In this document: in pieces, positions 1 through 13,292 of the stretch
Numbering within the stretch: the first letter of the stretch is position 1
Layout of the letters: every line of letters begins with the position of its first letter
Translations under genes and position numbers: made by a program
DNA from: Octopus vulgaris
Taxonomy: Eukaryota
DNA: 64,000 nt
Direction: 5' to 3'
Assembly: GCA_951406725.2 (NCBI GenBank)
Contig: OX597816.1
Span: forward strand, 42,656,001-42,720,000
The notes under the pieces: generated by a model
Databases searched by the model: none
What the model saw: only the letters and a program-made list of their open reading frames with translations
What the model was told of the DNA's origin: nothing

Positions 1-769
1 ATGTACACTCGTGCCTTTTAAACTGCATGTGCAAGCTATTTTTGTGGGGTAGGTATTTTCTAATCGGATCGTGTTTTTGTTGGTATAGATAATTTTGCTA
101 TGATGAGCCTTAAAACGACGCAAAGCCTTCTGGTCATCGCTACAACTTCGTAAAGCTATACTGGGAAATATTATTGAAAATCTATCCGACAGTTTTAGAA
201 CAATTTCCCTACTGTTTATACTAGATCCCATGACATATATGTCTATGTTCGTATGCATGTAAACGTGCACTCACCTGTGAGCTTTGCGATCAGAATTTCA
301 ACCCGGGCGACAAGTTTTGATGTATAAATTACATTTATGATTGAAACTATCTTCTATTTATAGTCTTCTTATGCTTTTCTCTTGTAACTCTTATATAAGA
401 AATATAACTTTCAATTAAGTGTATCGTTACGAAATATCTAGTAACCTGTGTTTTAAAAAGCTCATCGATATCAGTTTTATTTCATTTCAAAGTATTATTT
501 AAAATAATGTATCATCCTTCATTTCTTGAATTATTTATTTCTTAAAATAATTTGGAAAATGCGTAAAAATTAGCGTCCGTTTGTAGATCACCTGTGGAAA
601 CAAGATCATTCTTATAGCTTGTTGAAAACCATTTGCACAGATTAAACACACGTCCAAATATAGAAACTAATATATACGCGGCGAAATAAGACGTAATAAG
701 AAATACGATGAATCACAGCTAATAGCATATTGATATATCCTTACCAAAGCCGCGTGGGTACATTAGTAT

Positions 770-1501
770 TTCGCTTTTGGATTTTGTTTGCAAGATTCTC
801 TATATGAGTTCGTGTGTTGAAGCACATTCTCTTGTGTCTGAGGAGAGTCATTTACTTTTGTGCCTTATAATTTAACAAACTCACCCGTAAAATTTCCACT
901 TATTTATTATTTTTATTTTCATAAAAGTTTTGTTGCGTCTTGCAAACTTTTCAGAGTCAAAACTATTGAAAACGTTGCAAGAAATAACGAAAATTTTAGG
1001 AAAATAAAAATAAGAAGTGGAAATTTTCCCGGTGTACTCTTTTACTTGTTTCAGTCATGTGACTGTGGCCGTGCTGGAGCACCGCCTTTAGTCGATCAAA
1101 TAGGCCCCAGGACTTATTCTTTGTAAACCTAGTACTTATTTTATCGGTCTCTTTTTTGCCGAACCGCTGAGTTACTGGGGCGTAAACACACCAGCATCGG
1201 TTGTCAAACAATGTTGGGGGGAAAAACACAGTCGCACAAACACGCACACACATATATATATATGTATTCATATATACGACGGGCTTCTTTCAGTTTCCGT
1301 CTACCAAATCCACTCACAAGGCTTTGGTCGGCCCGAAGCTATAGTAGAAGACACTTACCCAAGGTGTCACGCAGTGGGACTGAACCTGGAACCATGTGGT
1401 TCGTTAGCAAGCTACTTACCACACAGCCACTCCTACGCCTATGTTAAATTATAAAACACAAAAACAAAATGACTATCCCCAGACACAACAGAGTATACTC
1501 A
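770..1501. repeat. Imperfect palindromic (foldback/MITE-like) element, right arm interrupted by a SINE
   Basis: 821-948 (cttgtgtctgaggagagtcattt...ttataatttaaca...cacccgtaaaatttccact...cgtcttgcaa) is the reverse complement of 966-1034 plus 1443-1501 (ttgcaaga...agtggaaattttcccggtg // tgttaaattataa...aatgactatccccagacacaa). A related fragment lies at 9821-9970. Confidence 0.7.
1035..1442 (-). mobile_element. tRNA-derived SINE, family A (full length, internal TA/CA microsatellite)
   Basis: Minus-strand head ggcgtaggagtggctgtgtggtaag...ggttcagtccc (Pol III A/B boxes), CORE-like gacaccttgggtaagtgtc, and A-rich tail caagtaaaagagta. The same sequence recurs at 33111, 43634, 54915, 31918, 22871 and 24661. 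Confidence 0.85.
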
Positions 1502-2280
1502 GTGTTTTTGTCTTACTCTTACGACTTTAGAGATAAAGATGTTGTAGTGTATTCTCATATTTGAAAATGCTTTAGAAAACTGGCCGTAAGCAAAAGAGTG
1601 TTTTAAATTAGATGCTATTAGAGAACTGGTATATTTGCCTTTCGGGTTCATTGATTGAGATAGATAGTTTTATGTCGGATGTTTGGCTTTGACAAACAAA
1701 ACAAGACAGTGTCACATCCATGTAGTTCTATTTTTCCGGAATTTGATACATTAGTTGATTTTCAAAGATCAGAATATTTTCATGAATTCAGTGAGATGAT
1801 GTGTTGTTGGTAGGCATAAACTTTCATGCTCACCAATCGTTCCTTCTCTATACTGGATAGACATATTCGCTTACGTGAATGACCTTTATATAAAATCTTG
1901 AAAACCACTCACTGAGTGCGACATGCTGATCTCATATCAAAATAAACTGCGCTTGAACTTAGTGGTAGGGGCCCAGTTAGAATTCTTCAGGTCAAGTATT
2001 TGCACCATTGAAAAAGTTGTTTAAGGATGATTTTCAACGAATACCGTTTTCCAGAAATGAATTAATCAAACTCAAAATAATTCCTTTCAACACAGGACTA
2101 TGATACCTAATTCATATCATTAGCCACTAATGGACATGCTCAACCGGTTAAAGGGAGGCAACTAACAACCAAACCTGCGGTATTAAGCAGACAATTTGCT
2201 GTAGCCCTTGTTTTAAGTGTAAGAAAAATATGTATATTCTAACATTTCTAATCTAAGATCAAATCCATGAGAACCATTGG

Positions 2281-2473
2281 TATCATTATTATTACCTATT
2301 TATCACAGATTTTGTTGGAGCTCCTGGAGTCTTGTATACGTAGTGTGCTTACTACATTCAGCCTGCAGTACGATGCCATTCGGTCTTTTCAGCTATCCAA
2401 TACTTTCCTGATTTTTCTCGCCGCGCCAAGGGGTCAAAGCTTTTGTAAGAGTTCTAATGGGCAACACATTCCG
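2281..2473 (-). mobile_element. 3' end of an R4/Dong-like RLE non-LTR retrotransposon embedded in (TAA)n
   Basis: Minus translation ELLQKL*PLGAARKIRKVLDS* resembles the LQKxxLLGTARIxRKVL C-terminus of restriction-like-endonuclease LINEs. It is flanked by ATT repeats on both sides. Confidence 0.6.
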
Positions 2474-2530
<57 letters not shown>

Positions 2531-2808
2531 GTTGTTGTTGTTGTTGTTGTTTTTGTTGTTGTTGTTTTTGTTGTTGTTGTTGTTGTCGTTGATGTTGTTA
2601 TATTATTACTGCTATTTTTATTAGAATTTTTCAATTCTATTCCGTTTCTTGTCGAATTTCTTCGTGACACCTTGGGCAGAGAAACGCATCGTATACATTG
2701 TTCGGCAATGTATGCATTAAAAATAATAATAATTTTAATAAAAAAAAAAAAAATAATAATAATAATAATGATGATGATAATAATAATCATAATAATAATT
2801 ATTATTAC

Positions 2809-2853
<45 letters not shown>

Positions 2854-2855
2854 CA
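2474..2855. repeat. Compound trinucleotide microsatellite (ATT)n/(GTT)n/(AAT)n
   Basis: Directly visible. Confidence 0.95.
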
Positions 2856-3599
2856 TGTGTATAAAGTCCCACTCTCTTCAAAATTGATGTTTTAGCAAGA
2901 CTTCTCCAAATGTTCTGACCTTCAGTAATGCCTTATGAGTTTTGTGCAGCTATTGCATGTACGTAGCCTGCAATATCTCAAGTTACATGCATGATACTCT
3001 GATAAATTTAGAATCGAATACTGTACATAATTAACGCTAATATATTAAGACAACGGCCCATGTAAATAATACGGTGTGTGAACTGCCAGAGTTTTATATA
3101 GTTTTGAATGAAATGTGAATCATCACCAGTTGACATCTCTTCGTTTGATTCGTAGAAATGCGTAAAAATATAGAGAGAGAATTTTTTTCTTACGCATTTC
3201 ATCGCCTAATAGTTGTTGGTTTTGTACTGAGCAATGGTTCCAATGATCAGTAATCCGAATGGTATTTATAAAGCAATTTCAATCGGGCTGGAATAAAAAT
3301 ACTCGCACGTTACAAATTTGGAAACGAAAAGTTGTATTGAAATCCATACATTTTGGAAGCATGGTAGGCACAATTTAGAGGATCTATTATTAAGGTACAT
3401 AATTGTTAGTAATGGCAATGACAGATGAAGACAAAGATTAAGAAAAACAAAGACAATGAATACAAATTATAGAAGTGCTATTAATTAAAGTAAATTCTAT
3501 GAAAAAATATAACAAAATATAGAATAAATAATAAATATAAAACATAAAATAAAATATAACTAATGAAAGTGGATGATTATAAATACCGAAAATTAAAAT

Positions 3600-3614
3600 T
3601 TGATGATGATTATG

Positions 3615-3674
<60 letters not shown>

Positions 3675-3718
3675 GAAAGAAGAAGAAGATTAATAATAAC
3701 AATAATAATAATAATAAC

Positions 3719-3750
<32 letters not shown>

Positions 3751-3776
3751 TAATAATAATAATGATGATGATGATG

Positions 3777-3824
<48 letters not shown>

Positions 3825-3900
3825 GTAACAATAATAACAATAATAATAATGATAATAATATCCTTAATGGGGACAAGTGTGTTGATATGAATAATAATAA
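3600..3900. repeat. (AAT)n microsatellite
   Basis: Directly visible; source of the poly-N, poly-I and poly-L ORFs. Confidence 0.95.
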
Positions 3901-4404
3901 TTAAAGTACTTTTAATGATACTAATATTTCACGAAAACAATTTTTAAAAATTTCATCAAAATTCCCAAAAGTTTGTCAAAAATATTTAAATTGTTATACA
4001 ATTTCGCACAATAAAATCTTTAGAGAAATGGCCTTCAGAAAAAAAATATTATTCCTGATGATATTTTATTGATGATAAAAACAATTTCTTTTTAAATCTT
4101 CAAAAATTCTTAAAAATCACTGTAAATATCATTCAATAAAAATCTTTCTCAGATAAAGCTTTTGAGATAGAAAATAGAAATATAAGAGTTAGAGGAGAGA
4201 AAGTTCATGAACTGGAGTGTGGATACAATAAAGTATTATGATGCAGCAGATAATAGTTAGGAGTTGCAAAAATATCGATGGTTATGAAAAATAAAATTGC
4301 TTACAGTAATGATTCTAACAAAGCAAATGAGATGTTGTGAATAAAATCTTTCTAAGGTATGAATAAAAATGCCGATAGGGCAATTTAGAAGAAAAATATT
4401 GGTT

Positions 4405-5335
4405 ACAAATTTTCGTACAAGGTTAGCGGATGTGGGAGGAGGACTACAACGACAACAGTATTCAACTGGCACGTATTTTATCGGCATCCTAGAGAATGAA
4501 AAATCAAAATTAATCACCGCGGAATTGGAAGTCAGACGGCCAAGACGGACTAGGTGCCAGTAAGCATTTTTTTCCTGCGTACTAACGTTTCTTATTTATT
4601 TATTGCCCACACGGGGCTTATCATAGAGGTGACAAACAAGGACAGACAAAATGGTACTTAATTTATCGACCGCCGAAAGGATGAAAGGCAAAGTCGACCT
4701 CGGCGCTATTTGAACTCACAACGTAACGGCAGACGAAATACATATTTCTTTACTACCCACAAGAGGATAGACAGAGAGGACAAACAAGGACAGGACACAC
4801 AAACGGATTAAGTCAATTATATCGACCCCAGTGCGTAACTGGTATTTATTTAATCGACCCTGTAAATATGAAAGGCAAAGTCGACCTTGCGGAATTTGAT
4901 CTCAACGTGACAGCAAACGAAATACCACTAAGCATTTCGCCAGGCCTCCTAACGTTTCTAACAGCTCACCAACTTAACAATAGTTTCAAATTTTGGTACG
5001 AGACCAGCAGCTTCAGAAGAGGTGGTAAATTGATTTCATCGACCCAGGTGTTCTGCAGGCAGTTTCGTTATCGATTCTGGGAAGATGTAATTAAACTCGA
5101 CCTCGACGGAATTGAACTCAGAACGTAAAAACCGGTGAAGATCGCCTCCGTAATTGTCCTTTTCTGAATTCTTTCAGGTGAATTGGTAAGTCGATAGCAC
5201 CAACCCCAGTACTCGACAGATACATATTTCATCTACCCCCGAAGGAAAAAGCATAGTCGGTCTCGGTGTAATTTGAACTGCAATGGCGATAAGTATTTTG
5301 TTCGCCTTACTATCGTTTCTGCAACCTCGCAACCT
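4405..5335 (-). mobile_element. Tandem cluster of tRNA-derived SINE family B units
   Basis: Repeated gaaaggatgaaaggcaaagtcgacctcggcg...tttgaactca core; head (cagctcacc) near 4970; same family as 34697-35200 and 59091-59719. Confidence 0.8.
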
Positions 5336-5379
5336 AAATAATAATAATAGCCATAGACCCACTATTCAACACACATTAT

Positions 5380-6080
5380 GACCGTTTTCAAAAGATTTCA
5401 TCGTTCTCGACACAATGAAGGCGATCTTGTATAAAACTAAAAATCGAATGTCTTTTTGGTCAGCTGAAAGAAGTTTTGTCACAAACTTGGCAGACACTCG
5501 TCTCATACCAAAATCAACAGTGATAATGGACTGAACTGAACCATAACTGATCTGTAATTCCGCTGATAATTCACGGGATGGTGATTTGACGATTTCACTG
5601 CGATGTTTTTCTCAGTTCCGCTCGTTGCAGGCCTTCCAGAATGTCCATCACTATCGACATTTTATCGGCCATCTTCGAAAGGTTCGAACTACTCATACAT
5701 TTGTGTATGGCTCATACACTCCTCCACATACACTTTCTGCAACATTGCTTAAGCCTATGTGAAGTTATCGCCATGATAACTTTCTCTCTCATGGCCAATG
5801 CGATGATCACACGCAATTTCGCATAGGCTTCTGAACAGGTATCGCCAAGCTTTTGGCAAAATTTGATGCAGATTCTCTGCTCAACCTTCTGTCATGGTCA
5901 ATGCGGAGATCATACGATAGGCACGTTCCTTCTAAGCACTGATTTAAGCAGTGGAAGTGAGCTACAACGTTAATCCTTAGTACGTATGCACAGCAGAGTT
6001 CATGGTCAATCTGTGCCAAGCACTTTCACTCTACGTGCTTCTATGGCAACAGTCCGGATACTTATTGATTAGACCACACA
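5380..6080 (-). mobile_element. Decayed mariner (Tc1/mariner) transposon, 5' part with one TIR
   Basis: Minus translation VEQRICIKFCQKLGDTCSEAYAKL...MLQKVYVEECMSHTQMYE*FEPFEDGR*NVDSDGHSGRPATS...ELSAELQISYGSVQSIITVDFGMRRVSAKFVTKLLSADQK (HTH region plus WVPxxL-equivalent motif). Mariner-like end tggtctaatcaataagtatccggact at 6051-6076. Confidence 0.85.
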
Positions 6081-6099
6081 TCAACATGCATATAGTTGT

Positions 6100-6548
6100 A
6101 TATATATGTATATGCTCATATATACTTAAATGATAAACCTCTGGACAATTTTACGGATTTTTAGAGTTGGATTGGATATGTAGTCTTCTAATCAGCTTCC
6201 TCCTTTCTGGGTTTCAGAAGCAATATTTCTCAAGATCGGCATTTAAGCAGTGTGTTACATATTACAATACCCCATATAATTACGTGCATAAACCTGAACT
6301 TCTAATCTGGAAAGATAAACTGCAAATTCATCAATAGTTTAGTGCAGGTATTTTCCTTTTTCGCTGTTCTTTAACTTTATCTTGACATCCGCTCGTCAGC
6401 TGATTTACACAACTATACAGTTTCTCTTCTTTATCCCAACTCTCTATGTATGTCATTATCCAGTTTATTTCCAGATTTCTTGCTAAGGACGAACCGGTTT
6501 CTATCCTAGATTCAAGGCTCCTACATTGGAATCTCAACATCAAAACAG
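6100..6548 (-). mobile_element. 3' fragment of an RLE-endonuclease non-LTR retrotransposon (copy 1)
   Basis: WDKEEKLY.. motif and nucleotide similarity to 6930-7252 (ttaaatgataaac.tctgga...gcagtgtgttacata). Confidence 0.65.
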
Positions 6549-6659
6549 TATGTATGTATGTATGTATGTATGTGCAGATTTGTATGTTTTATGTATGTAT
6601 TATGATGCACACACACACACACATATATATATATGTATATATATATATATGTATATATA

Positions 6660-6726
<67 letters not shown>

Positions 6727-6779
6727 GTATCTATGTATATATGTATATGTATATATGTATATGTGTATATTTATATATG

Positions 6780-6830
<51 letters not shown>

Positions 6831-6835
6831 TATAT

Positions 6836-6926
<91 letters not shown>
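6549..6926. repeat. (GTAT)n/(TA)n microsatellite
   Basis: Directly visible. Confidence 0.95.
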
Positions 6927-6928
<2 letters not shown>

Positions 6929-6929
6929 A

Positions 6930-7252
6930 GACATGCTAATATATATTTAAATGATAAACTTCTGGAAAGATTTACATATTTTTACAATTCCGGTGATGGA
7001 TTCGATCAGTAGGCTTTGAATTAGTTATCTCCTTTCTGGTTTTTCCAATATTGCTATTTATGCAGTGTGTTACATATCCCAGGGCCCTAATAGTTACAGG
7101 TATAAATCTGAATTTGGAATCTAGATAGAGTAACTGCAGATTTCTCAATAGTTCGGCATATGTATTCTCCCTTTCGCTGATCTTCAGCTTCATGTTAACA
7201 TCCTCTGAGCAGCTAATTTTCACAACTTTGCACTGTTTCTATTCCCGATACC
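6930..7252 (-). mobile_element. 3' fragment of an RLE-endonuclease non-LTR retrotransposon (copy 2)
   Basis: ORF 6972-7223 KISCSEDVNMKLKISERENTYAELLRNLQLLYLDSKFRFIPVTIRALGYV fits the PD-(D/E)xK RLE C-terminal pattern (xEISCP..K..KY..L...FIPxxxGALG). Confidence 0.75.
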
Positions 7253-7313
7253 GTATGTATGTATGCATATATGTATGTACGTATGTGTGTGTGTGTATGT
7301 ATGTATGTGTGTG

Positions 7314-7345
<32 letters not shown>

Positions 7346-8041
7346 TGTATGTATGTATGTATGTATGTATGTATGTATGTATGTATGTATGTATGTATGT
7401 GTGTATTTATATAACTATCTATACGCATATCTTTGCAGCTCCTTTTCTCATAAAAGTATAACAGAAAACAAACATGAGTAAATAGCGTTGTGCCTATTCG
7501 TCGACCTGAATGGCTTATGTATACTTAAGTGATTCCCATTTTCTTTTTGTTTTATTTCTAGCCAGTTTCATTGACGCTAATTAATATCAAAGTTCACGGA
7601 AAGTTTTAGCTAACAGCCAACTAACACCTATATCTCTTCTGCTTAACGTTTTTCAATAACACAAGGAAATTGGAGAAATTTTGTAAAGAAAATCATTTTA
7701 GCAAACCTATTAAGTAAGTTAATCGAAAATAACAAAGTTTCTCCTTCTTTTAGCACCTTTGCATGAAAGATAAATTATTTATTTGTCAAATCAACACTTT
7801 TGGAATAAAATATCTAGCTAATTAATTTGCAAATCAACACATTTTTTTTCCGCTGAGAAAATTGCTTGCATCAACGGAAATAAACGAGATTATGAATGCG
7901 TGTTACCATATGTGCTTGCATGTAGGTGTTTATAAATGTGTGTGTGTGTGCGTGTACATTATATGTATTTATATATGCGTGTGTGTGTATATATATATAA
8001 ATATATATATATATAAATATATATATATATGTATGTATATA

Positions 8042-8077
<36 letters not shown>

Positions 8078-8079
8078 TA

Positions 8080-8112
<33 letters not shown>

Positions 8113-8145
8113 ATATATATATATGTATATATATATGTATATATG

Positions 8146-8210
<65 letters not shown>

Positions 8211-8211
8211 A

Positions 8212-8251
<40 letters not shown>

Positions 8252-9719
8252 CGACATCAATTTTCGATTTATTTTCCCTGTCTTGCAAACAGTGTTTCTC
8301 TATAGGATAAAACAATCGAATCATGCGATTGCAATGATGTTTGAAAATTTCGTTTTCATGTACTCTATGAAACTTTGTTGGGTTTACAGCTTAGTATATA
8401 TATATATATATATATATATTTCTAATCAAAATTGTTCAATAATCGGTCTCATTAACATGAGATGAGGAAACCCTCTCCATCCATAATGTACATCTATCGA
8501 ACCAACTAGGTAAATTGAACCATTTTTGAGTACACTGAAACGATAGATAATTGAATACTAAGTATGTATTATTTTATGTATTTCGCATGACCCACGGCGT
8601 GATCTTATTTTGCAAGATACTTATAAATGTAAAATAAAATCAATAGTTTTAAATAAGGTTTTTATTGCTTGCGGATGTAGAATTTCACACACGTGAATAT
8701 GAAATAATACTATTCTTGTCTACACATTTTTCATATTCTAATGACAAAACTCAGCTTATTCGCATAATTGAACATAATCCCGAAATTTGGTAAAGCACTC
8801 AAGTGTTCCTGCGCTTCTGCTGTTGGAGATATTCACCCAAGATTAACTGAGCCATTTCAGTGCTGCGCGCTTGGAAATAGTTCGTAATAAACAGGAGAAA
8901 CCAGGTGTTGTAATACTATTGCTGGATGTCGTTCCAACGTATCCTCAGCGTCGTAGTCATATATCAATGACTTCTAATGTACGTCTTTAGTATATGTTTG
9001 TTGTAGAAATAGCTCATAATGCTTAGCGTAGTTGGATTGTTATTGCTCGTCATCATCCGTTAGATTCTTAGTGTTGTTTTGTTATTCCCGTGTAGATATA
9101 TTTGATAAGAAACTTCCTTGTAGGATGTATTGTGAAGAAATCTTTACCACAATGTTTGGTGAGTTTCCTCCTCAGTTCCAGTAGCTTGCTGAGAAGTAAC
9201 TTGAATACAGTTACGGTTCCATGACGTCAAATTTTCATAATATCGCTCCAGTCAAGCAGTTATCTGTTTATTGCAGCTAAGTAGCTTATTAATATTGTCA
9301 TTGATAGTGAGTAGTTTCTGTTCATTGACTAATGTAAGATCACACTTCGGGAGACCTGTGAAATTGAACTTGGGGTTTGTTAAAAGGCTTTCATCGTGGA
9401 TGATGTTGTTTAGTCTACGTTCAGACATACTCGAGCGTATCTATAATCAAAGGCGTTCCCAACGTGACACTAACCTCTCTTTTCAAATCTATCACTATAT
9501 CATACATTGTGTTCTTTCATTTATGACACCTGGTGTGTGTGAAAAGAGATATTTTCCTATTATATATAACTGGCTTAGTTTTTACCACGGGTTGTGAAAA
9601 ATCTCCGATATTCAGAATTGGCTTAAAGTCAAAGCAATCACATGTATACGATGATACACAATTAGTCATATAAAACACATATACGGGCACACGCAGACAC
9701 ACAAGTACATTACATGTGC

Positions 9720-9770
<51 letters not shown>

Positions 9771-11226
9771 TGTATGTGTATGTATATATCTATATATATA
9801 TATATCTTTATATATATATTTACTCACCGGTAAAATTTCTACGTATTTCCTATTTTTATTTTCCTAAACTTTTCGTTGCGTCTTGCAAAGTTTTCTCCCC
9901 AGACACAACAGAATATGTTTCAACACACGAGCTCAGATAAAGAATCTTGCAAATCAAATCCCAAAACGATATATATATATATATGTATTTTTATATTATG
10001 TATGTTCAGTAAATCTATTCATAAGTATGCATCATATATAGATTAAATGGAAGGGATATGCTGAATGTTTAGTGGACTTGATTACGCTTCTTTCCATTAA
10101 ATTCTTAGATTTTCGTATTCACTAATTTCTTTATGCATAACTTTAATGCACTCATTTATTAAAGCTGTCTAAAAGACTTCAAAGTAAAACTTGCATTACA
10201 TCTAACGAAATCAAAGCTATGTTTTATTTCCTCAAATTTTCCTGCGTGTACCCGGTAAGTAAACTTCAAAGAGATTGTTCTGAAACGATTTTAGCAAATG
10301 AGAGTATCATGTTGTAATGTAAAAATATATAGTTTTTAATTCAATTTACTTTAAAGGCAGATCAAAAGAGAATCCCAGCAATAAATATAATTCTCTAAAA
10401 AATTATTCATATTTCTTGCATGCATATACAATGTGAAAGTATTTAGATGTAGCTTCTTTTGAGAAGTTAAGCTCTACGAAAAGGTATATTCTTGTTGATT
10501 TTAAGCCATACAAGGTGGAATCGCAAGGACAGAACAGCAATCTTTTTAAAGAATGCCCAACCTTTCTTTAGTATCATAATCAAGGCTTCCATTATCATTT
10601 CGCTCTGCAGATTGTTTACATTATGCTTGAGGTCTCTTTTGTCCTCTATCAAGCCAGTGTTTTAGTGGAAATTATATTAAAATGTACATATACAAGCTAA
10701 AGAACATACCAACGCAAACCAGCACTTCTTCACTCATCTTAATCCTGTGTCACTCACATACAGTGTCCATGAGGATTTACAAAAACATTATATTTACTAA
10801 AAGGCTTCCGCAAATTTCTCACGAATAGAAGTAACAATCAAAGAAAAATCAGATTGAACCTTATTAACTGAAATACGACTGTAGTCAGTCGTAAACATTT
10901 TCCCAGTGCATTTGGATGTTTAACCAGAATGGGGCATCAGGGAACATATTTTGTTCAGGGTTCCAAGTAACTATCATGGTAAAACGTACGTAGGAACGAA
11001 TCTGATGAACTTGTGTCTATCGCAATTTCTCATACATTTCCTGTAAATTTCATAACTACTAACCATAGAAATGCCTTAACAATTATACTGGAAGCATACT
11101 AGACTATGATGATCTACGTCGGTCACTAAACATAACATTAGTCATAGTAAATGTATTTCTTCGCACAAGATACACTATACATGTATCTCTTGCTCTCTCT
11201 CTCTCTCTCTCTCTCTCTCAGAGACG

Positions 11227-11261
<35 letters not shown>

Positions 11262-11264
<3 letters not shown>

Positions 11265-13050
11265 TAACAGTAAAACCCGTCATTGATCGGGTAAGTACTT
11301 GTACTGTAAATCTAATAATACATTGAAAGTATTATTAAATGTAGAATTTACTCCTCCTCTCCGTGTTTGTTTTTATAAGAGAAACAGTGATAAAAAATTA
11401 TTGTTATTAAACATGAAGTTCTGTTTGTTTATTACATGACTATAATAAGTGAGATGCATGCGTTATTTTATTCATCAGTACAGTAATGACAATTATATAA
11501 CACAGTCCATTGAAATAGATAACTTACTCATTCTTGAATGTAATGATAGTAATGGTAGATAGAGTTATTGAAGTATTCATGTTTTATAAGAATGAATGTT
11601 TCTTTATGTACAATGTTTTGTTTTGTTTTTATTTCGGGGTACATAAGCCTTTAGAACAAACATTGACAATGGTTCGGTCAGTTAAGTTTATGCAGAATTA
11701 ATCTTGTACCATTGCCTAATTGTGGTTGAGACAAAATATGTGTTAGCATAAAAGGATTCCCTTTATTCTACTGAAGACAATGAGAAGCTGTAACTGGAGG
11801 TTGTAGCGAGTTAAAGAATTCGATGGGGTAGTTGACACTATCCCGATCATCAACAACACTGTCAATTGAGTTATAAGTGAATACTTCTGGAAGTTTATTC
11901 AATAGCATATTATTAATGGTACGTAGAGGAACATTTTTGTAGCCAGAATAGTCCTTTCACCGATGCAATCTGCATTGTTGTAATTGTGAACGTGATAAAG
12001 AAAGGTTTCATACAGCAAATCATCGACGGAATCAGTTGAATTATATATTGCATTAAGTGTAAGAAACTGTTCTTCATCAATTGGAACTAACTTTTCACTG
12101 AGTTTCAAAAGCTGCTCTGCAAATAGTTCAGCTGGCTGATCTCTGGAAAGCGTCGATTTCATATAACAATTGAAGTAGCAAAGAGATGAACTTCATAGAT
12201 GAACTTCTGTTTGTTTATCATATGACAAAAGCGAGTTATATCTTTTTTATTATATATATATCAATAGAGTAAAGGTAATTATATAATGCAGTCCATAGAA
12301 ATAGGTAAGTTAGTCATTCTTGAATGTAATGATAGTAATGGGAAATGAAGTTATTGAAGTATTCAAGTTGCCATAATGGTGAATATTTCTTTATAAACAA
12401 TGTGTTTGTTTTATTTCGGAGGGCATAAGTAAAAAGATTTGCTTTTGATCCTGCAGGTAATGCTCCTACGTAAAGGTGACCATGTGAAAAGCATGGTTCT
12501 TGAAGTTGTAATCCAGCAACTTTTTGTGTCTGACCCTGAATTTTATTAATGCCCATTGCAACATAAACTCGGATAGGAAACTGTAACCGTTTAGATTGGA
12601 ATGGGACATTAGATGGTATAAATGGTATGCGAGAAATGAAAACGGTGCCACCTATAAAACAACCAGTAAGAATGTTTGCCTCCATGTAGTTCCTCAGAAT
12701 TTTGTACCAATGCGTAATTTTGGTTGAGACAAATAAGGCAATAGCATAGAAGAGGGAAGGAAAGAGAGAGAGAAAGAGTTTTAGAGAAAGGGAGAAAGGA
12801 AGAGAGAAACATAAAGATAGAGAAAGAAAGAGAGGGAAAATAAAGATGGCGCCGGAATTTTGTTTCAGTTTACGGACCAAAGGAAGAGACAGAATTTCTT
12901 TCAAGTAGCATGGCAGAGAGACAGACAAGCAGTCAGACAGAGAATATAACGGAGGAGAGAGAATAGAGGCGGCATAGGAAGAAAATCATAGAGATGATGT
13001 GTGCTTGTAATTTCACTTTCTGGGACAAACAAACAGATAGAATCTCTCTT

Positions 13051-13055
<5 letters not shown>
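11262..13055 (-). mobile_element. Degenerate Helitron with PIF1-type helicase fragments
   Basis: PIF1 motifs: ERTILATK; YNSIDSVVDD..NYPIEFFNSL..LGNGTRL; RIPFIPSNVPFQSKRLQFPIRVYVAMGINKIQGQT..FSHGHLYV. The 3' terminus on the minus strand is hairpin cccgatcaatgacggg followed by ttttactgTTAG|T (CTAG-like) at about 11263. A Helitron-like 5' end ataaaagagagattctatctgtttg lies at about 13055. Confidence 0.85.
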
Positions 13056-13131
<76 letters not shown>

Positions 13132-13177
13132 CATAAAGTTATTTTATTCTATAATTATGTACTTATGTATGAATGGC

Positions 13178-13209
<32 letters not shown>

Positions 13210-13292
13210 GGTCCCGGGTTGATTCGGGGTTAACCACAGTAAGTAAGGTACTCAATACATAGCAGAGTAAAATTAATTTATTATATAGAAGG

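Noticed and set aside
2267-3904. Poly-I, poly-N, poly-L and poly-T ORFs
   Set aside because: Translations of ATT/AAT/GTT microsatellites with no complex domain
12314-12928. Host PIF1 helicase gene
   Set aside because: Degenerate motifs, scrambled order and Helitron termini indicate a transposon relic
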